Source of the DNA: Vicugna vicugna
Lineage: Eukaryota
Reading direction: 5' to 3'
Assembly: GCA_013265495.1 (NCBI GenBank)
Contig: MU058337.1
Coordinates: forward strand, 6,678,716-6,742,715
Length of the DNA: 64,000 nt
Part shown: positions 37,401 to 50,980 of the stretch, one piece after another
Numbering within the stretch: the stretch's first letter is position 1
Layout of the letters: each line of letters opens with the position of its first letter
Notes under the pieces: model-generated
The model's database searches: none
What the model was told of the DNA's origin: nothing
The model's input: the letters and a program-made list of their open reading frames with translations, nothing else
Made by a program: the position numbers and the translations under genes

Positions 37401-40400
37401 TACTGTGGCATGTTACAAAAATGTGTTTGTTAAAGAAATAAGCCACTGCACAGTGGCCTAGAACCCTGAGACAGCAGGAGATGTTGAGGAGGGAAAACGT
37501 TCAGTGTCCCTGCAGTACATGGTTCACAGGGCTGAGAGAAGTACATGAGGATGCCTAATTTTTAAAGTCTCTGAAAGGAGGCTAGGTTTTTGCCTAGAAG
37601 TAAAAGATAAGTTACGGTAATACAAACTTTACAGTCCTGCACTGAACATTTAGAAGTCTACTAGTCACACCCTGTGTAACACTTATCCAGTAAGACATTC
37701 TCTGTCAGCCCTGGACTGAGCTGTAATTGTCATGACAAGGAGAGGACAGAAGGTTTCCTTTAGTAGGTCCAGGCTACTGAAGGTCAGGATAGGGGAAGGG
37801 GACACAGAGAGGGAGGGAGGGAAAAGGAGGGGAGAGAGAGGGCATGATGAATCAATGAAAGGGAGAGGGAGAAAGTTGTACAATGGACTGATAAGCACTC
37901 AATTCAGTGTTGGGATCACAAATACCATGTTAATTATAAGAAGGTGAGAGCACCTTCTAAGGATCTATTGTCATCTCTTACTTCTACACCAGGTTCTTTC
38001 ACAAGCCCAGCCCATCTCACAGCTCTAATGAGCCTTGACTCCCCTCTCCAGCTTCTGTCCTGGTTTTCCATGAAACTCCAGAAAATGATCTCAGCCCCTG
38101 AAGTTCAACTGAAAACCTTGGGCATCAGATGAGTTACTTGACCTGCTGCACTGTACCCTTCCTATGGTCAATCCAGGGAAGAAATCCAAGGGAAGAAACA
38201 ATAAGGAATAGAAGGAAAGGAAGCATGAAGAGCAGAGAAAGATGTGAAAAACAGGGGAGGGCACAGAGGACCCAACACCCCACCCTCATTCAGCCTGACG
38301 CAGGTCAGGGCTCCAAAAGAGTTCAGATTTCCACAGTAGCTTATGCTAGTTCTGTACGTTTTCCCCTCAGTTACACCACGACTTGGAAAGCCAATCAACA
38401 TAAGGTTCTGCCTGACGCTTTTTCTTTTACAGTTGCCATAAGACAATGTTTTATTTTTCGTCTTTAAAACTCTTGTGGAGGGAAGAAAGAAGGACAAATC
38501 ATAGCCCACAAGTGAGCCATCCTGACTCCTTCAAGATTGCTCAACTCTCCCCTTCCCCTTCTATGACTTACAAACCCTAAAAAGATTCTATAATCTTGCA
38601 CCATCGTAGGGTTTTTTTGTTTGAAAAGGTTTAAAGATTCTCCACTACCTACAGGGGGGGAAAAAACTCAGACCATCAAAGTTCTAAACAACCTGGTGTG
38701 AATCTGTGCCTCTAATCTTGTTATTGGGCAGGACAGATTTCCTCTCACACTAAGGTTGCTTGATCACAAGATAATGGAAGCCTGACATATTGTACAGCAC
38801 AGGTAACAAACGCAGGAAATGGCTAGACCATAAAGGGACAGATCAAAGGGGAGAAGCCTGGAGTCTAAGAAATGCAGGCCTGTCTGTTCATTCTTGCCCA
38901 AATAGCTTAAAGAGGACCAAATAATGGTAAATATGTGAATTGTAAAAAGAGAAAATTGGCAAAAGCAGGCTCTTTCTATTTTAATCATGCCAGAATCAGT
39001 TCAGGCTCAAGACTTCAGCTTTTGAGACAGAGTGTACATCCCAGTGGTAATGACTCACGACTATGATTCATAAAACGGCAGAAAATGAAGAAGTGCAGGG
39101 ATACGGATGGCCCCAAGGCTTTCCTGCAGAACCGCAAGAACTTAATAAAGTTCAATAAGTAAGCGATGTTTTCTTTAAAACAAAAGGTATTAATGTGTAA
39201 TAAGACTAGGGGAACTGTGAATATATAAAGTGGCCTCAATTTTTGAAGGTCTCTCACCAAAGACATGAAGAAGAACAGATAAACATGAGGCGGGAATATG
39301 ATGGAAGCAGGTGAATACTAACACTGTGAAGTACTTGCTTACACTGAAATATTTCCCTTGGCTACTATAGCCAAAGCTTTCCAATGACAATTTCTCAACT
39401 TTCCATGAAAACAGTCATACTTTAGATATTAAATGTTGGTACTAAAAACCAGAATTGCCAAAGGAAGAACACCACAACATTAAAACATGTATCAATGATA
39501 CACGTGAATAACTGCAAAGTAATCTTTAAGCAAAACCGAATGCCCCTTACCAGGTGGGCAGCAGCTGGACTCCCTGATGGGTCACAAAACGGAATTGTGG
39601 ACTGACAGCTGTCCTGGGCAAATGAGCTCTTTATTGCTCCTGGTAAGCTAAACACTACGCCCATCCAAACCCAGGAAAAATATTTAGTCTTTATTCTTTT
39701 CTGTGACATCACTGAAGACAGAAAGTGGGCTCCCACCCAGCAAAATACTGTACTGATATAATTTATCATCTTCCTCCTCTTTAAATCAGTGGAATATTTT
39801 AAAGTTATGTATTCATAAATACTTACAATCATACAAGAATTGACACAAGGAGAGGTAAAAATCAGCCTAAGCAAAATAAACCCACCAATAGCTAAATAAA
39901 ACAAACCAAACCCAACGTTGGCAGCTTTCCAGAAAAGCATGCATAAAAGTTTTGGTTTCCATGACAGCAGATAACACATGACTTATGTTTTACACAAATG
40001 GCTCTTTTCTTTAAGAAAGGCTTTCTCTTAAAAAATGCACAATTGCCAGAATGAAATAAAACTACTTCCTTACTGCATACAGTATGTTAGGGGAACTATT
40101 GATTTCAGAGCTAAAAGGTGAAATTTCATCAAAAGGCTTTCTAACGTTCCTCCAAAACACTGAATGCCATCTGTGCATTTCTTTTGGTAGTAGGAATTTT
40201 ATTTTCTTTTTCATATTTTATTTAGCATAAAAACCAAAAAAAAAAAAGGGGGAAGTAACTTGATAAATATGGGGAGAGGAGAAGTCACGTTGAGGAAGAG
40301 ACATCTGGGACAAGCTGTGGCTTTGTGAATCTCAGACTTTGATCCTATATTCAGCGGTGTGCAAACCAAACATTCACAAATACTTTTATATCTCCCTTTA

Positions 40401-42522
40401 TAAATTATCCTTATCTAAAGTATACCATATTATATTAAATATTTCATAATAAAAATGTGGTTTTCTGGAAAAAGTCAGAAACAAAATATTCTTCAAATTC
40501 AAAATAAGCACTAACATCTGCGGTACAGCACGCAGTAAAACTGGTATAACGATCGCTGACATTAATCATTTTGCATAAGCACGGTATCACCTAATCGCGG
40601 TGGAGTAACAATAAAGAATGGGGCTGATATGAAGATTTATCAGATTTGTGTACACGGTAGGAGATCAATAATACTGGGTGGATTAGTTACTATAAAAAGT
40701 GAAAATTCAATTGGCTTAGAGGTGTTTATTAATAGTGGGATTATTTAAATGCTAAATTCATCTGGGAAGTATATTCCAAATACTGAAGAATTCTATTCAC
40801 TCTTCTGAAATTAGGAATTTTAATGCTAAAAATTTGTTAAACTTCTGACTCCTTTAAAAAATTAATTCAAGCACCTTACCACCTGTTAAGCACATGTACT
40901 AGAAAAGACTGACCACAATACATACTTTAGGTTTTTAAAAGACTAGAAAGAGAGGGAAAATGCAAACTCCAACTCTAGAGCATTAAATGTCACAAAACGA
41001 AACTTTCTGAGGTGACAGCAAGAGCTCAGTTTAAAACCAGGAGTTTGAAATCACAATAAAAAAAAAGAAAACGGGATTTCTTAAAGCAAATGAGTCACAT
41101 AATGAGTTATTAAAGAAGGGTTCAAATTCTGAGAGCAAATCAATCAATAGTAAACTAACACAACAAAATGTAATACAATTAGGTCCTTTTCATATTTTCG
41201 AATCCTTTAGGTAAAGATCCAGAAAAGGGTTTCAAGATTATCACTGCTAAGAGAAACAGAATGCATCATGAATGAAACAGTAAAGTAAAGAACTATATTT
41301 ATTGTTTACAGGCTAGTTAGGCAGCTGTCAATCACGCTGGCAGTTCAAGTGGGGACAAGATTAGACTGGGGAGAGCCTGGCAATTGCGTCCAATAGGACT
41401 GGTATGACCCAAGGCCATCCTTAAGTCACTACAAGTTTTAAGAACACCAGGTGGTTCACATGGTTTGAAGCCCTCACAACAGAGGTCAGCTCTGCGGTCC
41501 TGAAGCCAATCAGGTATCTGGGTACCTGAGAGAAATGTTTAGGGAGGGGGAAACAAAGTGACTTCAATCCCCAGAATTTTGGTTGGAAGTTGTGGGGAGT
41601 GAAGGATTAAGTTTTGTATGAAAAGCACAAACACAGACAAGGAAAAATATAGACAGCGTAAAGGAAGGAGAGAAGGGAGCAGGCTTTAAAGTAATGACCC
41701 ACTGGCCCAAAATACCATTCACCCAGGAAATAAGAACAGATAGTGATAACTTACTTAAGATGTCTGCAGTGGAATGCATACGTATTTCCAAATCCCTTCC
41801 CTTTGACGTTATACATTTTACTATGAACCTAGTAATTTTCTTAGTCTCTCTGAGAAAGAAATTAAATCTACATTCCATACACCCTAGTTATAAACTTATT
41901 TTCATGTCAATTTGGAAGTTCAAATTTAAGTGGATGAAAAATAAAGCTCAATTTCATGCTTTAGACTCTTTTCTGATACCTCATAAACAAGAGTTTAAGA
42001 CAGACGTTTATTAAAATAAAATAAAATCCTACATAGCAGTAATAGGGACGGGGGTGGGGGGGGTGTAAAATGCAGGCATTCTGGTGCCTTCTCCGGCCTG
42101 CACCCTGATGAGTCTTCTGTCAGTTCCAATCCACCTGACTTTCCACTTAACCTTATTTTTCCCCTTGCATGACAATGTCTCTTTCCAAAACAAGCAGAAT
42201 ATCTCTATTTTTAGTAAATCCAACTTCATTTTCTTTTTGTCACTTTTGTCCTACTCATAGTAGGACTACTAATGTAAATTTAAAGTTACAGTGACAAACT
42301 CAGCTAAAACTTCCAACAAAGTTACCTTGAAAACTGAGACAAAGTAGCCTCTTTCATCTCGATTATCCATGTAACTGGCTTCTTCATCACTAAGGAAGTA
42401 GCACTGACACAGAATCTGACATTTGAAGATAGCTGAATATGACCCATAATCTAAACATGACATTTTCCTGAAGTTTCTTCAGAAAAGAGGGGGAATTGGA
42501 GGAAGGGGGAAATCACACTTAC

Positions 42523-42570
42523 AAGTCCACTTATGGCTACAATCCAGATGTAGGAACCAGAGGTGAAAAG
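42523..42570 (-). CDS. UBAC2: UBAC2 coding exon (human exon 6 equivalent), 48 bp, phase 0-0
   Basis: tttttttttcttttatag|CTTTTCACC...GGACTT|gtaagt. Translates LFTSGSYIWIVAISGL, in frame with both neighbouring exons. Confidence 0.95.
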
Positions 42571-43719
42571 CTATAAAAGAAAAAAAAGGCAACTAAAAAT
42601 GAAATTCAACTGCCAGTCACAGCATACTTATTTTTATATAACTGTAGTCATATCCATTTATGTTAAGTCTTAATCATATATATCTTAATATACACAAACA
42701 GAAAATTAATATACATTGTTATTTAATAGAAAATAATGTATTAATTTTTCTTTTTTTGTTTTTTAACCAAGATCTTCCTCAGCCTTTCTATAGCCTAAAA
42801 CAGACTGGTTGAACCCAGCCCACTCCTGTCCAAGGAAAATTAAGTGATATTCAAGCATATTCTTATTTACAAATGGACATTAATTGGTTTAAACAAAGTA
42901 AAATATAATGTATAGAGAAATGATTAGAAATAACAGCATACAAAATACGTAGTCACCATGCAGTGCTTGGTGTTAGCTAATGACATATAATATTAGTTTA
43001 CATAATGCTCTCATTTTAATTCCCCATGATTGCTACTCTAGTTTTAGCTGGAAGACTCCTGCCAGCACACAGGTCCACGTTCAGTGCTGCTCTGCTTAAC
43101 TGCTGCTTATTCTCATTCCAGTTCAAACAAAGAGCAAACTAAAAACCAGCGAAGTCAATTAATGGCAAAAGTAGTTATTATTGGGTCTCACAAAATCTCT
43201 CCCTTTGTTTTCCAAAGCATTTACATCTGAGAGTTGTGCTCAGGGTGAAAAAAAAAATCATAAAATCCTAAGACATCTCAAAGTGTTCCTGCAAGAAAGA
43301 AAAGATTTGTAGCCTAGTGTCTGCTCATATTTAGATCTTTAGGTGGGGCGTTTAAGCACCTCTGCTTATAGAGAAAGAAGCAGGTTCACTGCTGACATTG
43401 TGCTTGACGAAAACCTCAAAGTTCTGCATATTTATCGAAGATACATCGGGAAAAAAAAAGGTTCAAAGAAAGAAGACAGATGCAAAGGTAAAAGCTGACA
43501 AAGCGCAGGTAAAAAGGAGCCTGACAAGCTGTGCTCTCACGTTAGCTTACGTAGAAACGAGTACTGGCTGCAAGTTTAATCCGCTGATCTAAAATTTAAT
43601 CCGCTGATCCAGCATGGAAGCTTGTTCAGTGTGAATGACTCTAACAGTAACAAGGATGAGAATTATGTGGAAAAATATTTTTCCATGATTGTCTTCCAAA
43701 AATATAAAGAACAAAAAAA

Positions 43720-43950
43720 GGAGCTAACACTTTCAAGCACTTACTGTATACCACACAGGGATCAGATATTAACCTTACTGAATCGTCCTCATCACCCCAG
43801 GAGGTAAGCTCTACTACTAACTCTATTTCACCCGTGAGAAAACTGAGAGCTTATATAATTTGCTCAAAGCCAAAGAGCTGGTGGGTGGGGGAGCTGGGAG
43901 CATTACCCAGGGGTCTGGCCCCACAGCTCAGGACCTCTCTCTGCTACCAT
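43720..43950 (-). mobile_element. MIR SINE
   Basis: AAGCACTTACTGTATACCA...ATCCTCATCACCCCAGGAGGTAAG...GAGAAAACTGAG (antisense MIR core). Confidence 0.7.
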
Positions 43951-44522
43951 GTCTCATACACAAGTAAGAAAAGAATATCATTAATTTTGTCAATAAAAAA
44001 ATTATTTCATTTGGACTCTTAAGCCCCTCGTCCTATTGCACTCTGGTCCCAGTTGTATCTGTTCACATCCTGACTGTATGTTTTTTCTCGCTGCTGGGCT
44101 CCTCGAGGGCAGGTGCCACATCCCACCGTTCATGTTATCCTCCATGGCCCCCCAGCACAGGGCACCACGTGACTGGCTATTGAGCCATTTGATACTGAAA
44201 TGACCCCTAACAAACATTTGTGTTCTTCTGACACTGATTAGAGTTATTCATTCACTCATTCATTCATCCATCCAATCATCCATCAAGTGTCCCTGGTTTC
44301 AAGTTGTGAAGAGACAGAGGCACAGAGGGGAGGAGTAGAGGGTGAGAACAAAAAATTCAGGAATAGAATCTTCTCACTCACTTCAAGGTGGGGAGGGGTG
44401 GGATCTGATGCTGGACAGGCAGGAAGAAACCCTGGAGGCCATTCATGCGAAGGATGTTAGATTTTATCAAGAAGCCAGAAGCATCTCCACTTCTACTTTC
44501 CAATACTAACTTCTACCTCACC

Positions 44523-44524
44523 AA

Positions 44525-44555
<31 letters not shown>

Positions 44556-44556
44556 C
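44523..44556. repeat. (AAAAC/AAAC)n simple repeat
   Basis: Read directly. Confidence 0.85.
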
Positions 44557-44659
44557 AATCTCAGAACAACCAATGGTGGCAGCTCTAGAAACATAAATTA
44601 TTAATTAATAATAGAAACCAACTGACTTAGTTCTTATTTTACCTGTTCAGATTACCCTA

Positions 44660-45040
44660 AAAACCCAACACTATAATCTCTAATCTTTCAAATGAACCTG
44701 TAAGATAGATACTGTTGTTCCCACATTACAGATGGGAAAATGGGGGCTCAGGAAAAGTGACAGAGAAAGAAAATAACTGCCAGAGCAAGTACTTAAACCA
44801 AGGTCCACTTGGCTCCAAAGACTTTCCACAACACTCTACTGAATTCCTACTCTATAATTAATAAACAATGTCTTTCACCCTCAAAGATGCTATGAACTTT
44901 AGAGCTGGAAAGAACTACAGGGTCAACATGAGGCTCCGAGGCTTCCATAACTTGACCCCAGTCTCAAGCTAGTGAGTATCACATCAGAACTAGAACCTGG
45001 GTCTCCTGCCAGGGTCCAGGGTACTCTTCAACCATTGCAT
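44660..45040 (-). mobile_element. Two MIR-family fragments
   Basis: CCCACATTACAGATGGGAAAATGGGGGCTCAG; AGAACTAGAACCTGGGTCTCCTG. Confidence 0.55.
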
Positions 45041-46102
45041 TCTGCCTTCTGTTGTAAGATCTTAAAAAAAAATTAAACACGCCACAGCAAATCCTAGCAG
45101 TAAGAATAAAATGCAGAAATGGGCTCTTAGGTTCTACTTGAGTATTAGGGAGGCTAAGGGAGAGCGTGAGGCTATGCTGGTTGAGAGATGAGGAATAAGC
45201 ACATTTCATGAGAAACGGCTGTGAGAGAGGTAAGGAAACACCCACCCAGAAGAGCCAATGGCAGCGCCTGTCAGCAGACTAGAGAAGTTAGAGGAAATGC
45301 TAAAGGTTAAAAGGGGAGAGAGGAGGGCATTTCACAGTGACACAGGTATCCGGTTTGATATGTGTGGGATAAGGAATGTTATGAGTATTAACCGTGGATC
45401 AAAAGGCCAAGCTACACATGGTACCACAGGAAACAGCAGAATAAAAGTTGACATCAAAAGGTGTGAGAGTGAAAGAAAAGTGACAAGTATTACAGGTATA
45501 CAACTGAAAATCCTACGTATCTTCTATTCCTGGGCCAGGAACTCAGCAGAGAGTGATCAGTCTTCACTGAATATTGGTAAAGATAACCTTTTCCAATTTA
45601 AGTTGAACAGTAAGTCCTCTAGTGGTCTTCGTATCGAATCACGTGGAGAATGGCGGCAGTGCCGTCAAGCCCGCGCAACGCAGGAGTTAGAGAGCTGGCA
45701 AAGCCTTCGGAGCTCAGAGGCACTGTATTCAATAAATTAATGTTGACAGTGGTTTTTCACTTTCCACTTTTTAACTGTTCTCATTTGTTTCCAGTTCATA
45801 TTACGATTTTTAAAAAGTCCTTATATGCATGCAACTGTACAACGAAATTAAAATATTTTCCACTGATACAAATTACAGTGAAAGCTCTTATCAGATTTCT
45901 AAAGGGTATGAAAGTATTCTAGTACCTTATATACCTTGATGTGCTTGTTCTGTAACACTTCCTTTGAACATTTGATATAGATCATGAAGCCAAACTTATG
46001 GGGAAAAAAACATTGTCTTCAAGGAGATCAAATGAGAAAAAGACCAAAAAAAAAAAAAAAGATCTGGTTAAAGAAACGTGAACATAAAAATGCATACTGT
46101 AC

Positions 46103-46226
46103 CTGCAGTCCCAATATATAAATCAGTGTCTTGTTTGTGATGGACAACGGGCCCAGAATATGTGCCACTTGGACTCTCGGGATGGAGCAGTAAAATGGTA
46201 CAAACAGAGCAAACACAGGTGCCAGG
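46103..46226 (-). CDS. UBAC2: UBAC2 coding exon (human exon 5 equivalent), 124 bp; first base completes the upstream codon
   Basis: tttctttatttgtttgcatag|CCTGGCA...CTGCAG|gtacag. Translates LAPVFALFVPFYCSIPRVQVAHILGPLSITNKTLIYILGLQ (rhomboid-like TM region of UBAC2). Confidence 0.97.
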
Positions 46227-46649
46227 CTATGCAAACAAATAAAGAAAAATCACTATGGTATAATACTCAGTTTAAAGTACCAACGACAAATGTACATTTC
46301 AAGTAACACTGCTGATCATTTTATTTCAGTCTAAAAGCATGGTCTTAGATACACAAGTCGGCTTTTCTTACATACATCATGTTCAAAATAACTTGTGCAT
46401 ATGTGTAACATTTATGAGAACTCTAGTTATCTAATCCTTGTTGACTCTCCTAAAAGTACTGCAAGAAGTAGTTCAGCATCTGGTTCAGCATCTACTAACC
46501 AAATGCCAGGCATTGTGACAAAATTTAAAGTTGATGCTATGTTTTCTGCTCATGAGTGGCTTGCAATCTGATGAAAGAGGTTAGGCAAACCAAAGGCAAC
46601 AAACATTGTAATTCATCACAGTCAAACCCAGTCTTCATCTCAGACTCTG

Positions 46650-47560
46650 TTCACTCATGTATCACTAGAGCACTTGACTCTGCTCACCACTCCTGCCCTT
46701 CCTTCCTCAAATTCCTCCCTTCTTTTGTCTTAAACTCTCTTTCTTGCTGGTTTCCCCATGATTTTTCTGACCACTTTTCTTCTACCCTCTCCAGGGTTCT
46801 ATAATAGCCTGTCTTTTCTTCTTGCTCCAGTCTCTCCTTGAGTAACCGTAAGCTCTTCTAGGACTTCAACTCAGAAAATGAAGTGAGTCCCCCAACTGCC
46901 TGCCTGTCCCCTCACCTTAGTTATGAAACTCAATTTGATACCTTCAACCTGACATATTCAAAAGTCACAGGTGTCTTTCTACTTCAAGTCTTATTTCGCT
47001 CTAATCCACCCAGTGTTAACACCGCCAACAGCATTCTCTTCCCCAAACACAACTCTGAGCATGTGACACCCTTGTTGAAAACCCTTCCTTCCAGGCTGCC
47101 AGTATCCAAAGAGGAAATTCAAACATCAGCACGAAACAGCAAAGTCCTGCAATTCTTCCCTACCAGTGTGGTTTCCCACAACCGTCCTCCTCTCCCTTCC
47201 CCTAATCTGGCCCCTCCCCTTCCCCCCACCCCCAGATGCTCCCGGGCACATTAGGCTCTTTTGACTATTCATGGACACAGGCTATTCTTTCAGCATAAAT
47301 GTCCGGTCCACGTTTGTGCTTAGGAAACTTAGACTTACAGTGTAAGACCGAGCTCAACTCTTCTCTTCAGAAATTTCTCCAACCCTCCTGGGGGTTAGCT
47401 GCTCTACTCTGCTCAAAGCTACTTCAGTTTCACCATTTCAGAGAACCGCTGTGCCGCCTGGCACTGTGTGAGAGGCAGTAGGCCGGGTGCAAGGAGCTCC
47501 ATCTACATCTCTACGTGAGAAGCAGCCCCTGACCTCAAGAAACTAGCTCCAGGACTGCAA
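46650..47560 (+). mobile_element. L2 remnant
   Basis: AGCACTTGACTCTGCTCACCACTCC; TCTGAGCATGTGACACCCTTGTTGAAAACCCTTC. Confidence 0.6.
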
Positions 47561-48609
47561 ACGCCCATTCTTCCAAGGGCCAGGCAAGCAACGCGAATGA
47601 GTAGTGTGGTTTGGATACACACTCACACCCATTCTTCATTAAACACTTGGCTTAATTAGTCTTTTATTTTCCTTTTTTTCTTTTTTTGGATGAGTGGCAT
47701 TGTACAAAGAACTATTTCTTTACCATAAGAAAAAAGCAAAAAATATTCTTCACTTCCACAGAGAAATGTTCTCACTACCATTCGGGGGGAAACACAGGAC
47801 CCTCTTGGCCTCCTGTGCATTTTCAATTTTCCCATCTTTGATAAAGATCATGTTACTAAAAAAAATCATTCACTGTCTTCTCAATTCCATTAAAAACAAA
47901 ACAAAAGCAAACACACACTGAAAATGTGACCAATGGCAGCAGCATCAACAGGCACCTGTAAGAATGTAGAAAATACTAGAACAGGGAATCCCCCCCACCC
48001 CCACTGAACACCTAAATGCCAGGAGCTGGGTCAGGGCTGCAGAAACGGAGGCGGGAAGACGCAGCCTCTCACAGTCTTGTAAGAAGACGACAGGGACAGG
48101 GCAGCAGAGGTCTGCAAACAATGTGGAAGAGTGGTCTGGGATGCTTCACTCATCCAGCCCTCCTCCTAGACTGAGTACATCCCACGGCAGGGAAGGTGCA
48201 TCCTCCTGGTTCTCCCAGCATCAGACACAGCGCCTGGCACAGCATAAGAGCTCACTGAATTTGGGGCCGTGAAATACTCCTTATTCCTAAACAAATATAT
48301 GATCCACATTTGAACTAATAACTACATAGGGTTTTTTTTAAAGTCTCCCATTAGATTATTAATTTTAAGAGAAAGCACCATGTTCTACTTAGCACTGCAT
48401 CCCCCTAGTGCTTAATGCAGACCCTTACATATAATCAACCCTTGATATTTGTATTAAAAAAAATTAACAGAGCAATTTTAATGAACAGACTTATTTAAAA
48501 TATCATTCTAAATACTACACAAAAAATCTTGTGTTTTTTTCAATTAAACTTATCTAAACCCAAACACAGTTGATGAAGTACTGTGCACCCCTTTCATTAA
48601 AAAGTACCA

Positions 48610-49165
48610 GTTAATCACTCCTGGGCTTAAAATCCTCCAGTGACTCCCCACCCTAGAGTAAAAGCCAAAGTTATGACAAAGACCTCTGAGGCCCTGCGTC
48701 CCCCACCTCAATCTAGTTTTCTACTTTGTAGGCTCCCCCACTCTCTCACTGCTCCAGTCATGCTGGATCAGGGCGTGTCTCACTAGCAGGACCAGGCACG
48801 TGGTGCTCCAGCGCACGTGCATCTGCTTCCCCCTCTCCTGCCCAACCTCCCACTGACAAGTGCATCACCCGCTCCCTTACACCCTTCAGGTCTTCATTCA
48901 AATGGCACCTTCTCCAAGAAGCCCTCCCTGACCACCCCCATTCCAAATGGCAGCCTCTGCCTACCTCACAGCCCCACCTCCACCCCGTATTCTCTATTTC
49001 CTGTCCCCACAGCATCCATAACCTCCTTATTCACTGCAGGACCAATTTATCACTGTCTCCATGATGAGAACAGAAGCTCCACAAGGGCAGGACTTGGGTC
49101 AGCTTGTTTGCTGCTCCAGCACCACCCTCTGGAACTCCACGAGGTAGCTGCTCAGTGAATAAAGT
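48610..49165 (+). mobile_element. L2a-like 3' portion
   Basis: CACTCCTGGGCTTAAAATCCTCCAGTGACTCCCCA...AAGCTCCACAAGGGCAGGACTT...GTAGCTGCTCAGTGAATAAA. Confidence 0.75.
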
Positions 49166-50479
49166 GTAAAGATTGATGCTACAATAAAAAAAAAAAATCT
49201 GAAGCAGAGTTCTTGCTTGAGGTCACACTTTCAATGTAAACTAAGAAAATATTGATAGGAATTTTAATGACCACAGTTCATGTCTAATATACCAATAGAA
49301 GAAGTTTCAAAATTCCTTAGAAGTTATTAACCACTGTGTAGTTTTAAATGGTGACTAAATACTAAACCACATACACCCATAATATAAAAGCACACATTTC
49401 AGACCATGGTTACACAGGTTGTTTTGTAGAAATTTTCCACTGCTATTTCTATACACATTGAGTGTTATTAGTCACTGACCAGTTTTTCTCTTTTCCTTAT
49501 TTGATGACAACATCTGCTCTTTATACTGTCAACAATAACTCAGTTTGACCTTTTCTTTTACGAATAGCTAACTTCTGGTAGCCCTTCTGGTTTAAGCATA
49601 TAGGACTGAAGTACAGAAAAGAGGAATACAGGTTATCAAGAATTCATTCATTCGTTCAACAAATGTCACTAATATTTATTGAGTATCTATTATATACTTC
49701 ACAACCATACTTGACAGAGCGAATAAAATAATAGAAACAGTTCAGGTCACAAATGTCCATCTTACCACTACTACAGAAAAGGACATCGACTCTGCTTTTA
49801 TAGTACAACTAAAGAAATCCTGGTAGCTTTCAACAGCAATAAAAATGAGATTTATGAGCTGATGAAATTATCTCACGCTAAACGCCAAAAGCACCCCCAG
49901 GGCAATTACCCCATTACCGCCTCCTCACACACCTGCCTACTCTAATACAAAACAAACAAAAAAAAGGAGATCCAGTTTGCTAGAAAATTTATTTCACCTA
50001 AGCAAGTTCATGATATAATAGTGTTTTACATAATAAAAACTATTCCAGAAATTAAAAACCAAAAGCCAACAGGATGGCTTTTTAACAAACTGAAAAACTT
50101 CTCAACATTGTCTTCTTTAATCCAAGTTTTAAAGAAACTGGTTCTAGAAGATTTTATCATACTGATCCACCAAATCATAAAATCTCCATATTTCCCCCTC
50201 ATGGGATTTTTGTACTAGGAATTATCTTGGTGACCATTTAGTTCAATCCCTTTATTTTACAGGCAGTGGAGTGGAGGACCAAAGAATTCAGGTGAGTTGA
50301 TGCTCTTCTGTTTGACAAGGTTTCTCTTCAGATCTTTGGCACTTTAGGGCTAAAAGAACCTAATAAGCTTCTAGATGGAATAATACCACTGAGAGACCCA
50401 AGGTCCTCAGTCATTCTGACAGAAGCCTGGAGTGGAAGGGCCACTGGGGTCCAGAATTACAACTTCCTGCCAGATGATT

Positions 50480-50980
50480 CAATTCTCTCTACATCATCCC
50501 TCAAAATAGTCACCTAGTTAATGCAAGCACCTCAACAAGAGACCACCTAGGCCATTTTTTAATGATCCCAACCTGTAGAAACTACTTTCATATTTTGATG
50601 TGAAAGCTGTCTCCCGTAACCTCCTCCTATCGGCTGGCCTTCTACTCTCAGGAAGACTGACACATGCAACCTAAACCCTTTTCCGTGAGAGCTTTCAAAC
50701 GTGTGAGGTAATGATCACGTCCCCGCTGAGCCCAGATGTGCTCAGTCTATTCAATCATTTCTCCTAAGACCTGGGATCCAGACCCCTCAGGCCCCTGGGC
50801 ATGCTCTAGGCCACCCGTGCCTTCATAAAACACAGCCCTTTGAGCTCACTGGGAAGAATGGCCGGATCATCTTTCTTGTTCTGAGTACTGTATTTCCATT
50901 GTTGAGCCTGCAAATCAACTGCATTTTGATAGCCATGTGACATTGCTGGTTTAAACTGAGTCAACTAGAACTCTAAGGTG
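50480..50980. mobile_element. Probable CR1/L3 LINE remnant
   Basis: ACCTGTAGAAACTACTTTCATAT; CAGTCTATTCAATCATTTCTC; GCCATGTGACATTGCTGGTTTAAACTGAGT resemble remembered L3/CR1 sequence. Confidence 0.45.

Noticed and set aside
39422..39979. 185-aa minus-strand ORF
   Set aside because: No recognisable domain. The hydrophobic composition reflects T-rich intronic sequence, and UBAC2 exons 6 and 7 already join in frame without it.
45258..45740. 160-aa plus-strand ATG ORF antisense to UBAC2
   Set aside because: No recognisable homology or supporting gene structure. A BLASTP or PhyloCSF signal would be needed.
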